From an uncultured Methanosphaera sp. (GTDB lineage: Archaea > Methanobacteriota > Methanobacteria > Methanobacteriales > Methanobacteriaceae): 32,000 nucleotides of DNA. Of this stretch, positions 8,664 to 18,874 are shown one piece after another. How positions within the stretch are numbered: position 1 is the first letter of the stretch; the number at the start of each line of letters is the position of its first letter. The notes beneath the pieces were generated by a model. It made no database searches, was not told the origin of the DNA, and worked only from the letters and a program-made list of their open reading frames with translations. A program made the translations under genes and the position numbers. The stretch lies in the NCBI GenBank assembly GCA_946537725.1, contig CAMNFZ010000004.1, positions 6,534 through 38,533 on the forward strand, written 5' to 3'.

Positions 8664-9806
8664 CTATAGTTTGGTAATTAATTTGGCTAAATTATTTAAA
8701 TTTTTAATTTCATAAACTTCTGCACCAACATTTTGGTAGTCTTTTACACAACTTGTAGGCGTATTCCATTTATTCATAGGTTCTGGATTAAATATCATTA
8801 CTTTTGAACTTTTTGTCACGATTTCTTTAAGGATTAGTGCACTTTCTAAAATCCCATCTTCTCGTTTTCCTTGCCAATCTCGACAATCACTTAAAATGAT
8901 TACATTTGTTCTATGGTTTAAATGTGCTTTTGATAAAAATTCTTTAAATGAATTTGCCATGTCTGTTTGTCCGTGAATCATTCCTCTTTGAAGTTTTTTT
9001 AATGTCACTGCTTCGTAAGATATTTCGTATGATTCTGTTTTCAGGGCATCTGTTGTTTCGATTACTTTGCTGTCAAATTCATAACATGATATTTTATCAA
9101 AGGATTTTTGACAAGCATATATGATTGAAAAAAACCAATTGCTTATCCAATCACATGATCCACTTACATCGTTTAAGAATATGTGTTTTGTTTTGTTTAT
9201 TTTTGGTTTGTGGTATTCGATATCTATTAGTTTGCCTCCATTTTTCAGGTTTTTGCGTATTGTTCTGGGCATGTTTATGTTGTTTGATTTAAGTAATCTT
9301 TTTCTTCTATCTCTGTTATTTGCTATTTTTTGACCTAATTTTCTGCATAAATCTACTATTCTTTCGTCGAATGTATTTAAATGGTTTACATCTACTTTTA
9401 ATAAATCTTTTTCATGTATTTTATTTTGTTGTAGTGTTTCTGCATCAAATTCTGGTGGTATCATTTGTTCTATTGGGATGTCTGTTATTTGTGAATCGGG
9501 CATTCCCATTATGTCTTCTTGTTCTATGGCGGGATCATTAATAGCATTGTCGCTTGTTTCTTTTGTTTTGTGTTTGATTGTTTCATCAGGTTCATTAAAT
9601 AGTTCTTCGAATATGTCGTCAAATTTTTTTTCATCATGTGTATCTTTAATGTATACGCTTTTTAATGCATTTTGCATGTCTTTAATGTTTGTTGAACTTT
9701 TCATTAATTCCCATACATCACAAGCAGTTTTTGTACTTCTTACACTTACTTGTACACCTTCTTCACGTAATTGGTTTGATAAGGCAACTATTCTTTCATT
9801 AACCAT
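8664..9806 (-). CDS. VWA domain protein of the CoxE type
   Basis: The N-terminus LSNQLREEGVQVSVRSTKTACDV...FDDIFEELF matches the CoxE-like N-terminal region. A MIDAS-type FLNDVSGSC motif begins the C-terminal VWA domain. No MoxR/CoxD AAA+ partner is present in the window. Confidence 0.7.
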   Translation of the reverse strand: MVNERIVALSNQLREEGVQVSVRSTKTACDVWELMKSSTNIKDMQNALKSVYIKDTHDEKKFDDIFEELFNEPDETIKHKTKETSDNAINDPAIEQEDIMGMPDSQITDIPIEQMIPPEFDAETLQQNKIHEKDLLKVDVNHLNTFDERIVDLCRKLGQKIANNRDRRKRLLKSNNINMPRTIRKNLKNGGKLIDIEYHKPKINKTKHIFLNDVSGSCDWISNWFFSIIYACQKSFDKISCYEFDSKVIETTDALKTESYEISYEAVTLKKLQRGMIHGQTDMANSFKEFLSKAHLNHRTNVIILSDCRDWQGKREDGILESALILKEIVTKSSKVMIFNPEPMNKWNTPTSCVKDYQNVGAEVYEIKNLNNLAKLITKL

Positions 9807-10006
9807 TTGGGTATTCTCCCTGATATATTATCTATATATTTATTTAATTTTTATGGTATTTTTATTCTCCTAATTTAACAGTGTTATATATGTTTTTTAT
9901 ATATATTTAAAGATTCAACATACTCAAAAAAAATTATATGCTATGATTTAAAAATATAATAATATCTTAATGGATACATCGATTAACGAATAATAAACTG
10001 GTTTGT

Positions 10007-11365
10007 ATGAAAAGAATTGTATTATCAGGAACAGGAAGTGGTGTTGGAAAAACTACCATAGCAACAGGAATAATGAAAGCATTATCAAAAAAACATAAAA
10101 TTCAATCTTTTAAAGTAGGTCCAGATTATATAGATCCTTCATATCATAAAATAGCCACAGGATTTGATGCAAGAAATTTAGACTCCTTTTTCATGACAGA
10201 AGGACAAATCAGACAATCTTTTAAACAGGGTATGACATCCTCAAATGCTGATTATGGGATAATAGAAGGTGTAAGAGGATTATACGAAGGTATAAGTCCA
10301 ATAACTGATGTTGGAACTACTTCTTCAATAGCTAAAGCTTTAAATGCACCAGTAATTTTAATAATTAATAGTCGAAGTTTGGTGCGAAGTGCAGCGGCGA
10401 TGACACTCGGTTTTAAAGCATTAGATAAAGCGATAAATATACAAGGTGTGATATTGAATAATGTAAAAAGTCAAAAACATTATTTAAAAACAAAAGAAGC
10501 AGTTGAAACATTATCAAATACACAAGTACTTGGTGGAATAGTACGTGATAAATCAATAACTATGGAACAAAGACATTTGGGTTTAATTCCTGCTGTTGAA
10601 GAAGAAAGAATAAAAGATTTAATAGAAAAATGGGGAGAATTAATAGAAGACAATATAAATTTAGATTTATTATTAGATATAATGAATGATTCTCAACCAA
10701 TTGCAGATAATTATGAACCAATATGGTCTGAAAATAAAACAAAACAAAAAACAAAAATAGGCATACCATTTGACGAAGCATTTAACTTCTATTATAAAGA
10801 AAATTTAGAAGCATTAGAAGCTAATAAAGCACAACTAATATACTTTAGTCCAATACATGACGAAGAAATACCAGATGTTGACGCATTATATTTGGGTGGA
10901 GGATATCCTGAAATTTTTAAGAAAGAATTATCAAACAATACTCCAATGTTAAAATCTATAAAACAGTTCTCAATAGATAAACATCCCATATATGCAGAAT
11001 GTGGTGGATTAATGTATTTAACTAATTCTATAGATAATGAATCAATGGTAAATGTTTTTCCATACAAATCGTATTTAACAAAAAAAGTACAAGGATTAAG
11101 TTATACTATTGCAGAAGTAATACAAGAAAATCCAATATTAAATAAAAACACACAATATCATGGACATGAATTCCACTACTCTAAAGTAGAATATACAGGT
11201 TCTAATAAAAACGATTTTGCATTTAAAATGAAACGTGGAGTAGGAATAACCGGAAAATATGATGGATTACTTAAAAATAATACAGTTGCAAGTTACATTC
11301 ACACACATACTTCTTGCATACCTGAATTTGCTTATAACTTTACACAATCAGCAATAGAAAATTAA
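10007..11365 (+). CDS. a,c-diamide synthase of the CbiA/CobB/CfbB family (cobyrinate or Ni-sirohydrochlorin a,c-diamide synthase; the two cannot be separated by eye)
   Basis: The P-loop [11 protein letters not shown] is followed by [12 protein letters not shown]. The C-terminal GATase domain has AECGGLMYL (nucleophile Cys) and HGHEFHYS. The length is 452 aa. Confidence 0.85.
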   Translation: MKRIVLSGTGSGVGKTTIATGIMKALSKKHKIQSFKVGPDYIDPSYHKIATGFDARNLDSFFMTEGQIRQSFKQGMTSSNADYGIIEGVRGLYEGISPITDVGTTSSIAKALNAPVILIINSRSLVRSAAAMTLGFKALDKAINIQGVILNNVKSQKHYLKTKEAVETLSNTQVLGGIVRDKSITMEQRHLGLIPAVEEERIKDLIEKWGELIEDNINLDLLLDIMNDSQPIADNYEPIWSENKTKQKTKIGIPFDEAFNFYYKENLEALEANKAQLIYFSPIHDEEIPDVDALYLGGGYPEIFKKELSNNTPMLKSIKQFSIDKHPIYAECGGLMYLTNSIDNESMVNVFPYKSYLTKKVQGLSYTIAEVIQENPILNKNTQYHGHEFHYSKVEYTGSNKNDFAFKMKRGVGITGKYDGLLKNNTVASYIHTHTSCIPEFAYNFTQSAIEN

Positions 11366-11382
11366 GATAATGATGTGAAAAT

Positions 11383-12213
11383 ATGGTAGTTAAAATAGGA
11401 ATAATTAAAATAGGAAATATAGGAACTTCTCCAATAATAGATTTAATATTGGATGAAAGAGCTGATCGAGAAGATATAGATGTAAGAACAATAGGATCCG
11501 GAGCAAAAATGGGAAAAGAACAATTGGATGAAATTATGCCCAAAATATTCGAATTTAATCCGGACCTAATCATTTTCATAAGTCCAAATCCAAATGCAAA
11601 ACAGCCACGAAAAGCAAGAGAGGAATTATCTAAACTTAATATACCTGCAGTGATAATTGGAGATCAACCTGGAAAAAAAATAGCAAACAAACTAAAAGAA
11701 GAAGGATTGGGTTATATATTAATACATGCAGATGCAATGATTGGAGCTAGAAGGGAGTTCTTGGATCCAACAGAAATGGCTCTGTTTAATGCAGATGTTT
11801 TAAAAGTGTTATCAATTACGGGAACTTTAAGATTAGTTACTCATACAATTGATGAATTAATAAAAGAAATAAAAGAAGAAGAAAATATTAACTTGCCTGA
11901 ACTAATAGTCACTGCTGAATTGGCAGTATTTAATGCAGGATTTAAGAATCCTTATGCTATGGGTAAAGCAATTGCTGCATATAACATGGCTACAATGGTT
12001 TCTGATATGAATATTAAGGCTTGTTTTAAAATAAATGAACCTGATATGTATATTCCATTAGTCACGGCTTCTCATGAATTAATGTCTGCTGCAGCAAAGC
12101 TCGCAGATGAGGCTAGAGAACTTGAAAAATCAAATGATACTGTATTACGGACTTCTCATGCTAAAGATGGTGAAGTATGGGTTAGACAATCATTGGTAGA
12201 TACATATAAATAA
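11383..12213 (+). CDS. mtd: F420-dependent methylenetetrahydromethanopterin dehydrogenase
   Basis: The N-terminus MVVKIGIIKIGNIGTSPIIDLILDERADREDIDVR is characteristic of Mtd. The protein is 276 aa and lies 17 nt downstream of the diamide synthase. Confidence 0.9.
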   Translation: MVVKIGIIKIGNIGTSPIIDLILDERADREDIDVRTIGSGAKMGKEQLDEIMPKIFEFNPDLIIFISPNPNAKQPRKAREELSKLNIPAVIIGDQPGKKIANKLKEEGLGYILIHADAMIGARREFLDPTEMALFNADVLKVLSITGTLRLVTHTIDELIKEIKEEENINLPELIVTAELAVFNAGFKNPYAMGKAIAAYNMATMVSDMNIKACFKINEPDMYIPLVTASHELMSAAAKLADEARELEKSNDTVLRTSHAKDGEVWVRQSLVDTYK

Positions 12214-12240
12214 AAAAAAGATGTAAAAAAAGGTGAATTA

Positions 12241-12825
12241 TTATAATTTTCCTTTAGTACTTAATATTTGGTCATGAGTTATTTTGGTAGCATTATTTAA
12301 TGAACGAGCTAATGCCTTAAATATTGCTTCACAGATATGATGATCATTTTCACCTTCTGCTTTTATATTAATATTCATTAAACTTGTATTAGCAAATGAT
12401 TCCATGAAATGTTTCACATTTTCGGAACTTATGTCTCCAATTTTTTGAAATTTAAATTCTGCATTGAACACGGTATAATTTCTACCACTAATATCAACAG
12501 CTACTTGAGCTAATGATTCATCCATTGGAACAATACTAAAACCCATACGTTCAATTCCTTTTTTATCGCCCAATGCTTCTTTAAAGCATTCACCTAATAA
12601 TAATGCAGTATCTTCTACAGTATGGTGATCGTCAACATCAATATCTCCAATTGCCTTAATATTTAAATCGAAAAATCCATGCCTGCTAAAAGAATCTAGC
12701 ATATGGTCTAAAAATTTTAATCCAGTATCAATATTACTGTTTCCATTTCCATCTATGTTTAATTCAATTTGAATGTCTGTTTCATTGGTTTTTCTACTTA
12801 ATTTTACTATTCTGTCATTAACCAT
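12241..12825 (-). CDS. hisB: Imidazoleglycerol-phosphate dehydratase
   Basis: Motifs [36 protein letters not shown] and [14 protein letters not shown] are present. I prefer the ATG at 12825, which has a GGTG 9 nt upstream, over the GTG at 12837 used by the track. Confidence 0.9.
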   Translation of the reverse strand: MVNDRIVKLSRKTNETDIQIELNIDGNGNSNIDTGLKFLDHMLDSFSRHGFFDLNIKAIGDIDVDDHHTVEDTALLLGECFKEALGDKKGIERMGFSIVPMDESLAQVAVDISGRNYTVFNAEFKFQKIGDISSENVKHFMESFANTSLMNINIKAEGENDHHICEAIFKALARSLNNATKITHDQILSTKGKL

Positions 12826-12862
12826 TTTTTTTAACACCTTTTTTTTTTGTTCGAGTTTTTTA

Positions 12863-14419
12863 TTATTCTAGTTTATATATTAAATTTTTATTTTCAATAT
12901 ATTTAACTACTTTTTGGGTATATGTTCGAAGTATTGGAATTTTGTTTAAATATTGGGCAAAAAAGTTAAGATCTCTTTTTGTCAATACTTTCAAAAATAT
13001 TAAGGCTATTAGATAAATTACACTACCAACAATCAAACCAATAATTGACCCAATAATTGTTTTAGGAATAATTAAAGACACTATCATTAAAATGATATTT
13101 GATGCTATTATTAGTAGAATATTTCGCCATGGTATTGATATTTTGGTATTTTTTATAACAAAGTACATTATAACAATCATCAATATACATGTTGTGATAG
13201 TAGTTCCTATTGCGGCACCAACAATTCCATACGAATACACCAAGACAATATTCAACACCAAATTCAACCCAGTACCAATTAACAATATATACATTGGTAA
13301 TCTTGGATAACCAATCCCCTGTAAAATACTGCTACATATCATATATATGCTATAGAAAGACATACCAATAACTAAAATACTTAAAGCTCCGGAACCCTGA
13401 ATATACTGACTTCCAAACAATAATGAAATGATAGGGATACTAAAAATACTAATCATCACACATAATGGAAGCACAGTAAGAATACTATACCGTAAACAAT
13501 CAACAACATACTGTTGTAACATTTTGTGATCTTTTAAAGCATAAGCTTCTGCAGTAGCAGGTAACAATACAGTTGAAACAGATAATGAAATAACCAAAGG
13601 AATCCTTGAAATAGGATCAGCAGCATTATAATATCCAACATCAACTGATAACATGATTGAACCAATAACTAACGTCCCAATATCATAAATAGCAATTTCA
13701 GATAAAGCAGTAATAGCTACAGGCACAGCAAATTTAATTAACATCCAAAGTAAATTCAACTCTTCTTTAAAAGATAAATTCAAAGAATCATCAGAATCAA
13801 ACAATGGATTAATATATTTCTTATACAAAAATACAGCGGTAACTGCTGATATAATGAAACCAAAAGCACTACCAAGTACTGCTCCCATTGCATATAAACC
13901 ACAATAAACAAAAACACATGCAAAAACAATCGTTGCTATCTGTTCCGCCATCCTATTGTATACAGTATATTCATTTTTATAAACTCCCTGAAAAGCACCC
14001 CTCATAGCACCAACAACAACACTAAATGGAGTAATTAAACTTACAGCTCTCAAAGGCCATACAACCAGAGGTTTATGAAAAATATTATTTGCAATAAAAT
14101 CTGACGAAAATAACAATATAATACTTAATAAAATAGCCATTAAAACCATAAATTTGGTTGAGGTTAAAATAACTTGTCGAGTAAGTGCTTTTTTATCTTG
14201 AGCATTATATTCTGCAACATATTTGGAAATTGCTGGGGGTAAACCTCCTGCGGATAAAATTTGAAAAATCCCCTGAAATGGGAGGGTTAATCCGTATAAT
14301 CCATAACCTTCAGGACCCAACATTCTACTCATTAATAACCTGTTTATGTATCCTCCAACTCTAAATAAAAGGTTACCAATAAGTAATATGAAACTATTTT
14401 TAAGAACTTTATTTGACAT
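12863..14419 (-). CDS. MOP-superfamily oligosaccharide/lipid-linked glycan flippase (Wzx/MurJ-like polysaccharide biosynthesis protein)
   Basis: This is a 518-aa polytopic membrane protein with about 14 hydrophobic segments. The N-terminus [31 protein letters not shown] is typical of Polysacc_synt/MOP flippases. Confidence 0.7.
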   Translation of the reverse strand: MSNKVLKNSFILLIGNLLFRVGGYINRLLMSRMLGPEGYGLYGLTLPFQGIFQILSAGGLPPAISKYVAEYNAQDKKALTRQVILTSTKFMVLMAILLSIILLFSSDFIANNIFHKPLVVWPLRAVSLITPFSVVVGAMRGAFQGVYKNEYTVYNRMAEQIATIVFACVFVYCGLYAMGAVLGSAFGFIISAVTAVFLYKKYINPLFDSDDSLNLSFKEELNLLWMLIKFAVPVAITALSEIAIYDIGTLVIGSIMLSVDVGYYNAADPISRIPLVISLSVSTVLLPATAEAYALKDHKMLQQYVVDCLRYSILTVLPLCVMISIFSIPIISLLFGSQYIQGSGALSILVIGMSFYSIYMICSSILQGIGYPRLPMYILLIGTGLNLVLNIVLVYSYGIVGAAIGTTITTCILMIVIMYFVIKNTKISIPWRNILLIIASNIILMIVSLIIPKTIIGSIIGLIVGSVIYLIALIFLKVLTKRDLNFFAQYLNKIPILRTYTQKVVKYIENKNLIYKLE

Positions 14420-14535
14420 GTTATTACCAATGTTAAATTATAGTTTTAAAATTAAATAAATGTTTATATCACTTTAAAAATATATAATTATATAATTTAG
14501 TATATATTTAAAGCTAATTAACTATTTTATGGTAG

Positions 14536-15642
14536 ATGATTATGAAAAATAAAAATATTGATATTTTTTCACCAATTATATTTGTGTTATTGGTTATATT
14601 TTATTTAATATTTTCACAAATAGCATTTCACTACCAGTTAAAGGAATTAGTCGGAGTAAATATTAACACGGTATATGTAATATTTTTAGGTACATTATTC
14701 TATCTAATAGGAGTTTATATATCTAGACATATACTTAAAAACAAAGAACTGGTATTGGAAGATAAAAAGATTGAGAAAATATTTTCGGAAAAAATAGTTT
14801 TGTCTTTTGTTTTAATAGGCATATTTTTACAAGTTCTGAATTTATTATATCTTGGTGGAATACCATTATTTAGTGGTTATTTAAAAGCACATGCCGCTAC
14901 TAGAATCTGGTTATTGTCATATTTGATATTTCTACCATCCATAAATATTCTTATAGCAAAATATGCTAATAAAAAATATTACTTGTTATTCTTAATAGGC
15001 TTACTGCTGTTTACATTAACCGGTTATAGGACAACAGTTATGGCTATTGTAATAAGTATTTTAATAACAGTATACTATACGAAGGAAATGCCAAAAACAC
15101 AACTAATATTAGCAGGAATAGGAATATTTTTACTACTTTTAATAGTAGGTTATGTTGCTGTTAAATCAATAGAATGGCAAAATTGGACATTAAATCCATT
15201 GGAATTATTATTCTACAGGGCAGGTTATACATTACAAGTATTGGATCATGCCATAGGATTACAAGGAAGTACTAAGGGAGCATTATTTTATAATACTTTA
15301 ACAGGATTTTTCAAATCAACTGATCCAAGGGTAATAGTTGGTTCAACAACCTTAGGTTATGCTCATTCAACAACTTCTATGATCTTTGGACCTGCATTAC
15401 TCGACTTTGGGTTATATGCAATGTTGATTCAAATGATTTTGTTAGGTTTTGTAATGAATGTAATGTATATTGTACAAAAATCTGTAGGAAATATATTTAT
15501 AGCATTGTATGCAATGTTACTTGCACATCTATTAATATGGATTGAAACAGGACCTACCGATTTAGTGGTATGGTTATTCTTTGTATTTTCTTTAATTATA
15601 ATGTTATATGTAGTAAAAATTAAAAGGGGGGAAAGTAATTGA
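14536..15642 (+). CDS. Polytopic membrane protein, Wzy-like oligosaccharide repeat-unit polymerase candidate
   Basis: The 368-aa protein has about 10 TM segments and no soluble domain. It is divergent from the flippase and overlaps the downstream GT-like gene by 4 nt. The polymerase assignment rests on topology and context, not on a diagnostic motif. Confidence 0.5.
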   Translation: MIMKNKNIDIFSPIIFVLLVIFYLIFSQIAFHYQLKELVGVNINTVYVIFLGTLFYLIGVYISRHILKNKELVLEDKKIEKIFSEKIVLSFVLIGIFLQVLNLLYLGGIPLFSGYLKAHAATRIWLLSYLIFLPSINILIAKYANKKYYLLFLIGLLLFTLTGYRTTVMAIVISILITVYYTKEMPKTQLILAGIGIFLLLLIVGYVAVKSIEWQNWTLNPLELLFYRAGYTLQVLDHAIGLQGSTKGALFYNTLTGFFKSTDPRVIVGSTTLGYAHSTTSMIFGPALLDFGLYAMLIQMILLGFVMNVMYIVQKSVGNIFIALYAMLLAHLLIWIETGPTDLVVWLFFVFSLIIMLYVVKIKRGESN

Positions 15643-16709
15643 ATATAGCAGTAGTAGCAGAAACAGCACCAGCAAAAACACTTATTCCAGTAATAAGTAA
15701 ATTAAACACAAAAGTATTATCATTAACACATGGTGAAGGAGTAGAAAATCTATTGGAACCATATAGTTATGAAATAATACCTATTGGAAAAGGAAGACGA
15801 AACACCCTCACAAAACGAAGTAATTTTACTATAGGGAGATTAGTTTTACAAGACACATACCATACATATAGTGCACTAAAAAATCAGGATTTGGATTTGG
15901 TTTTGACTTGTGGAAATGCAGGGGATGTGCGAAAAGGAATTTCAGCAGCTAAAAAACTAAAAATTCCAAGATTACACATAGAACAGGACATATATAATCC
16001 AATAGAAATGATTGCATATGCTGATTTAATTACAGTTCCCAACAAACATGCTCAAAGAGCATTAAAGAAAATGTATGATATAACAAATACAGTAAATATT
16101 AAAGGATATCCTCAAGCAGAATATGTTGCAAATGTTCCAATAATGAGTCCTGAAAGCATATATGAACATTATGGAATAGATGATTTTTATGTTCTGTTTT
16201 TAGGAGGGGATACAAGATCTTCAGATATTCCTACAATCATTGAAGAAGTTCAAAAAGTAAATAAAATAATACTAATAGTTCCTTACAGATTTGAAGCAAA
16301 ATCAATAGCTCAATTTGTAACAAGAAAAGGAGTATACATCATAGATGGATATGTTGATTTAATCAGTCTCATGAATGCATCACAGGGTGTAATTTATTGT
16401 GCAGGGATGGGTGTAACTATAGAATTGGGAGTACTTTCAGTTCCATCCGTAAAACTATTAGGATTTCATACAGAACATGCAAGTAATGATTTAGCACAAT
16501 CCATAGGAATAAATGTAATATCTGCTTATGATATCAAAAATGCAGTTGAACACATGAAAAAACCTCATGGATCTCGTTTAATAAAAAATGGCTCTAAAGC
16601 AAGTATTAAAGTAGCTGAATTAACTAGGGATATGGATATGTTTGACCAAACTCAAGGTGGCCGAAAAAGCTTAAAACGTATTTGGGACCAAAGAAAAAAA
16701 TATCGATAA
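15639..16709 (+). CDS. Soluble GT-B-fold, MurG-like glycosyltransferase candidate
   Basis: A TTG start overlaps the upstream TGA and is preceded by AAAAGGGGGGAAAG, a strong Shine-Dalgarno. LVLTCGNAGDVRKGISAAKKLKIPRLHIEQD and the C-terminal ASQGVIYCAGMGVTIELGVLSVPSV resemble the two MurG/GT28 half-domain signatures. Confidence 0.45.
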   Translation: MNIAVVAETAPAKTLIPVISKLNTKVLSLTHGEGVENLLEPYSYEIIPIGKGRRNTLTKRSNFTIGRLVLQDTYHTYSALKNQDLDLVLTCGNAGDVRKGISAAKKLKIPRLHIEQDIYNPIEMIAYADLITVPNKHAQRALKKMYDITNTVNIKGYPQAEYVANVPIMSPESIYEHYGIDDFYVLFLGGDTRSSDIPTIIEEVQKVNKIILIVPYRFEAKSIAQFVTRKGVYIIDGYVDLISLMNASQGVIYCAGMGVTIELGVLSVPSVKLLGFHTEHASNDLAQSIGINVISAYDIKNAVEHMKKPHGSRLIKNGSKASIKVAELTRDMDMFDQTQGGRKSLKRIWDQRKKYR

Positions 16710-16730
16710 TTTCGATATTACTCTTTTTTT
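16699..16730 (+). terminator. Hairpin plus T-tract after the GT-like gene
   Basis: An 8-bp stem AATATCGA/TCGATATT (16699..16706 and 16712..16719) with loop TAATT spans the stop codon. It is followed by T7 at 16724..16730. Confidence 0.45.
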
Positions 16731-16799
16731 ATATTTTAAAATATCTATTACCCTCTTATAAAAAAATACTATTTTTAAAAAAATATTAAAAAGAAATTA

Positions 16800-17801
<1,002 letters not shown>

Positions 17802-17928
17802 TTATGCATCTTTCTAAATTTTAATATACTATTTATTTATTATTTTAATGTTTTTAAAACTTTTGTAAAAAATTATATTCTTTCACTAATTTTAATACTA
17901 ATAAAAATAATAATTATTTTTAAGTAAT

Positions 17929-18738
17929 ATGGGAAGAAGAAACATGATTGATTTACCAATTTTTAATCCAAATGATTTTATTGAAAAAGCATCAAGATTT
18001 ATCAAGGAATCAGTACAAAATGCTCATTGTGATGGTCTGGTTTTAGGTTTAAGTGGTGGAATAGACTCAGCAGTTGTTGCATATCTTGCTGTTAGGGCAT
18101 TAGGTTCATCTAAAGTACATGCATATATACTTCCATCAAAAACCACATCCAAACAGGATTTAGAAGATGCAAAGCTAATAAAAGACAGTCTTAATATAAA
18201 TGGTGATATTTTATCTATAGAAGATTTACATCAAAATTTTTTAAGTTTATGTAATAATGAATTGTTACCTAGAGGGAATAACATTTTAGCTTCTTCTAAT
18301 TTGAAACCAAGGATTAGAATGAGTATTCTTTATTATTATGCTGCAATTTTCAATTCATTAGTTGTTGGTACAGGAAATAAAACTGAGTTAAGTGTAGGTT
18401 ATTTCACTAAACATGGTGATGGTGGAGTTGATTTATTACCTATAGGGGATTTGTATAAAGAAGAGGTATTTGCAGTGGCTAAAGAACTGGGAATTCCAGA
18501 TTCAATAATCACTAAACCACCAACAGCAGGATTATTACCTAATCAAACAGATGAAAAAGAATTAGGTATGACTTACCCTATTTTGGACAGACTTTTGTAT
18601 CTGTACTTAGAAGAATCAGAATCTACCAAAAAAATCGCAGATAAATTACAAATAAACATATCTGAAGTTCAACGAATCATTTCATTATATGAAAATTCTG
18701 AACATAAACGGAAATCTATTCCTATTTTATACAAATAA
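17929..18738 (+). CDS. nadE: NH3-dependent NAD+ synthetase
   Basis: The PP-loop is LGLSGGIDSAVVAYLA. The motifs NKTELSVGYFTKHGDGGVD and LYK.EV are present. The length is 269 aa. Confidence 0.9.
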   Translation: MGRRNMIDLPIFNPNDFIEKASRFIKESVQNAHCDGLVLGLSGGIDSAVVAYLAVRALGSSKVHAYILPSKTTSKQDLEDAKLIKDSLNINGDILSIEDLHQNFLSLCNNELLPRGNNILASSNLKPRIRMSILYYYAAIFNSLVVGTGNKTELSVGYFTKHGDGGVDLLPIGDLYKEEVFAVAKELGIPDSIITKPPTAGLLPNQTDEKELGMTYPILDRLLYLYLEESESTKKIADKLQINISEVQRIISLYENSEHKRKSIPILYK

Positions 18739-18874
18739 TCTTTTTTAACCTCTTTTTTTATATTCCTCATTTTTTAAAGTTAAATTAAAATATTGTAAAT
18801 AACATAAATATTAATATTATAAACAAATAATTATTTTCATTTAATTATCAATGAATATTAACGGAGTTCATTAT

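Noticed and set aside
9121-9873. Plus-strand ORFs (70, 73 and 131 aa) antisense to the VWA gene
   Set aside because: This is the same shadow-ORF pattern. The translations are hydrophobic and low-complexity, there are no start signals, and the ORFs overlap a well-supported CDS.
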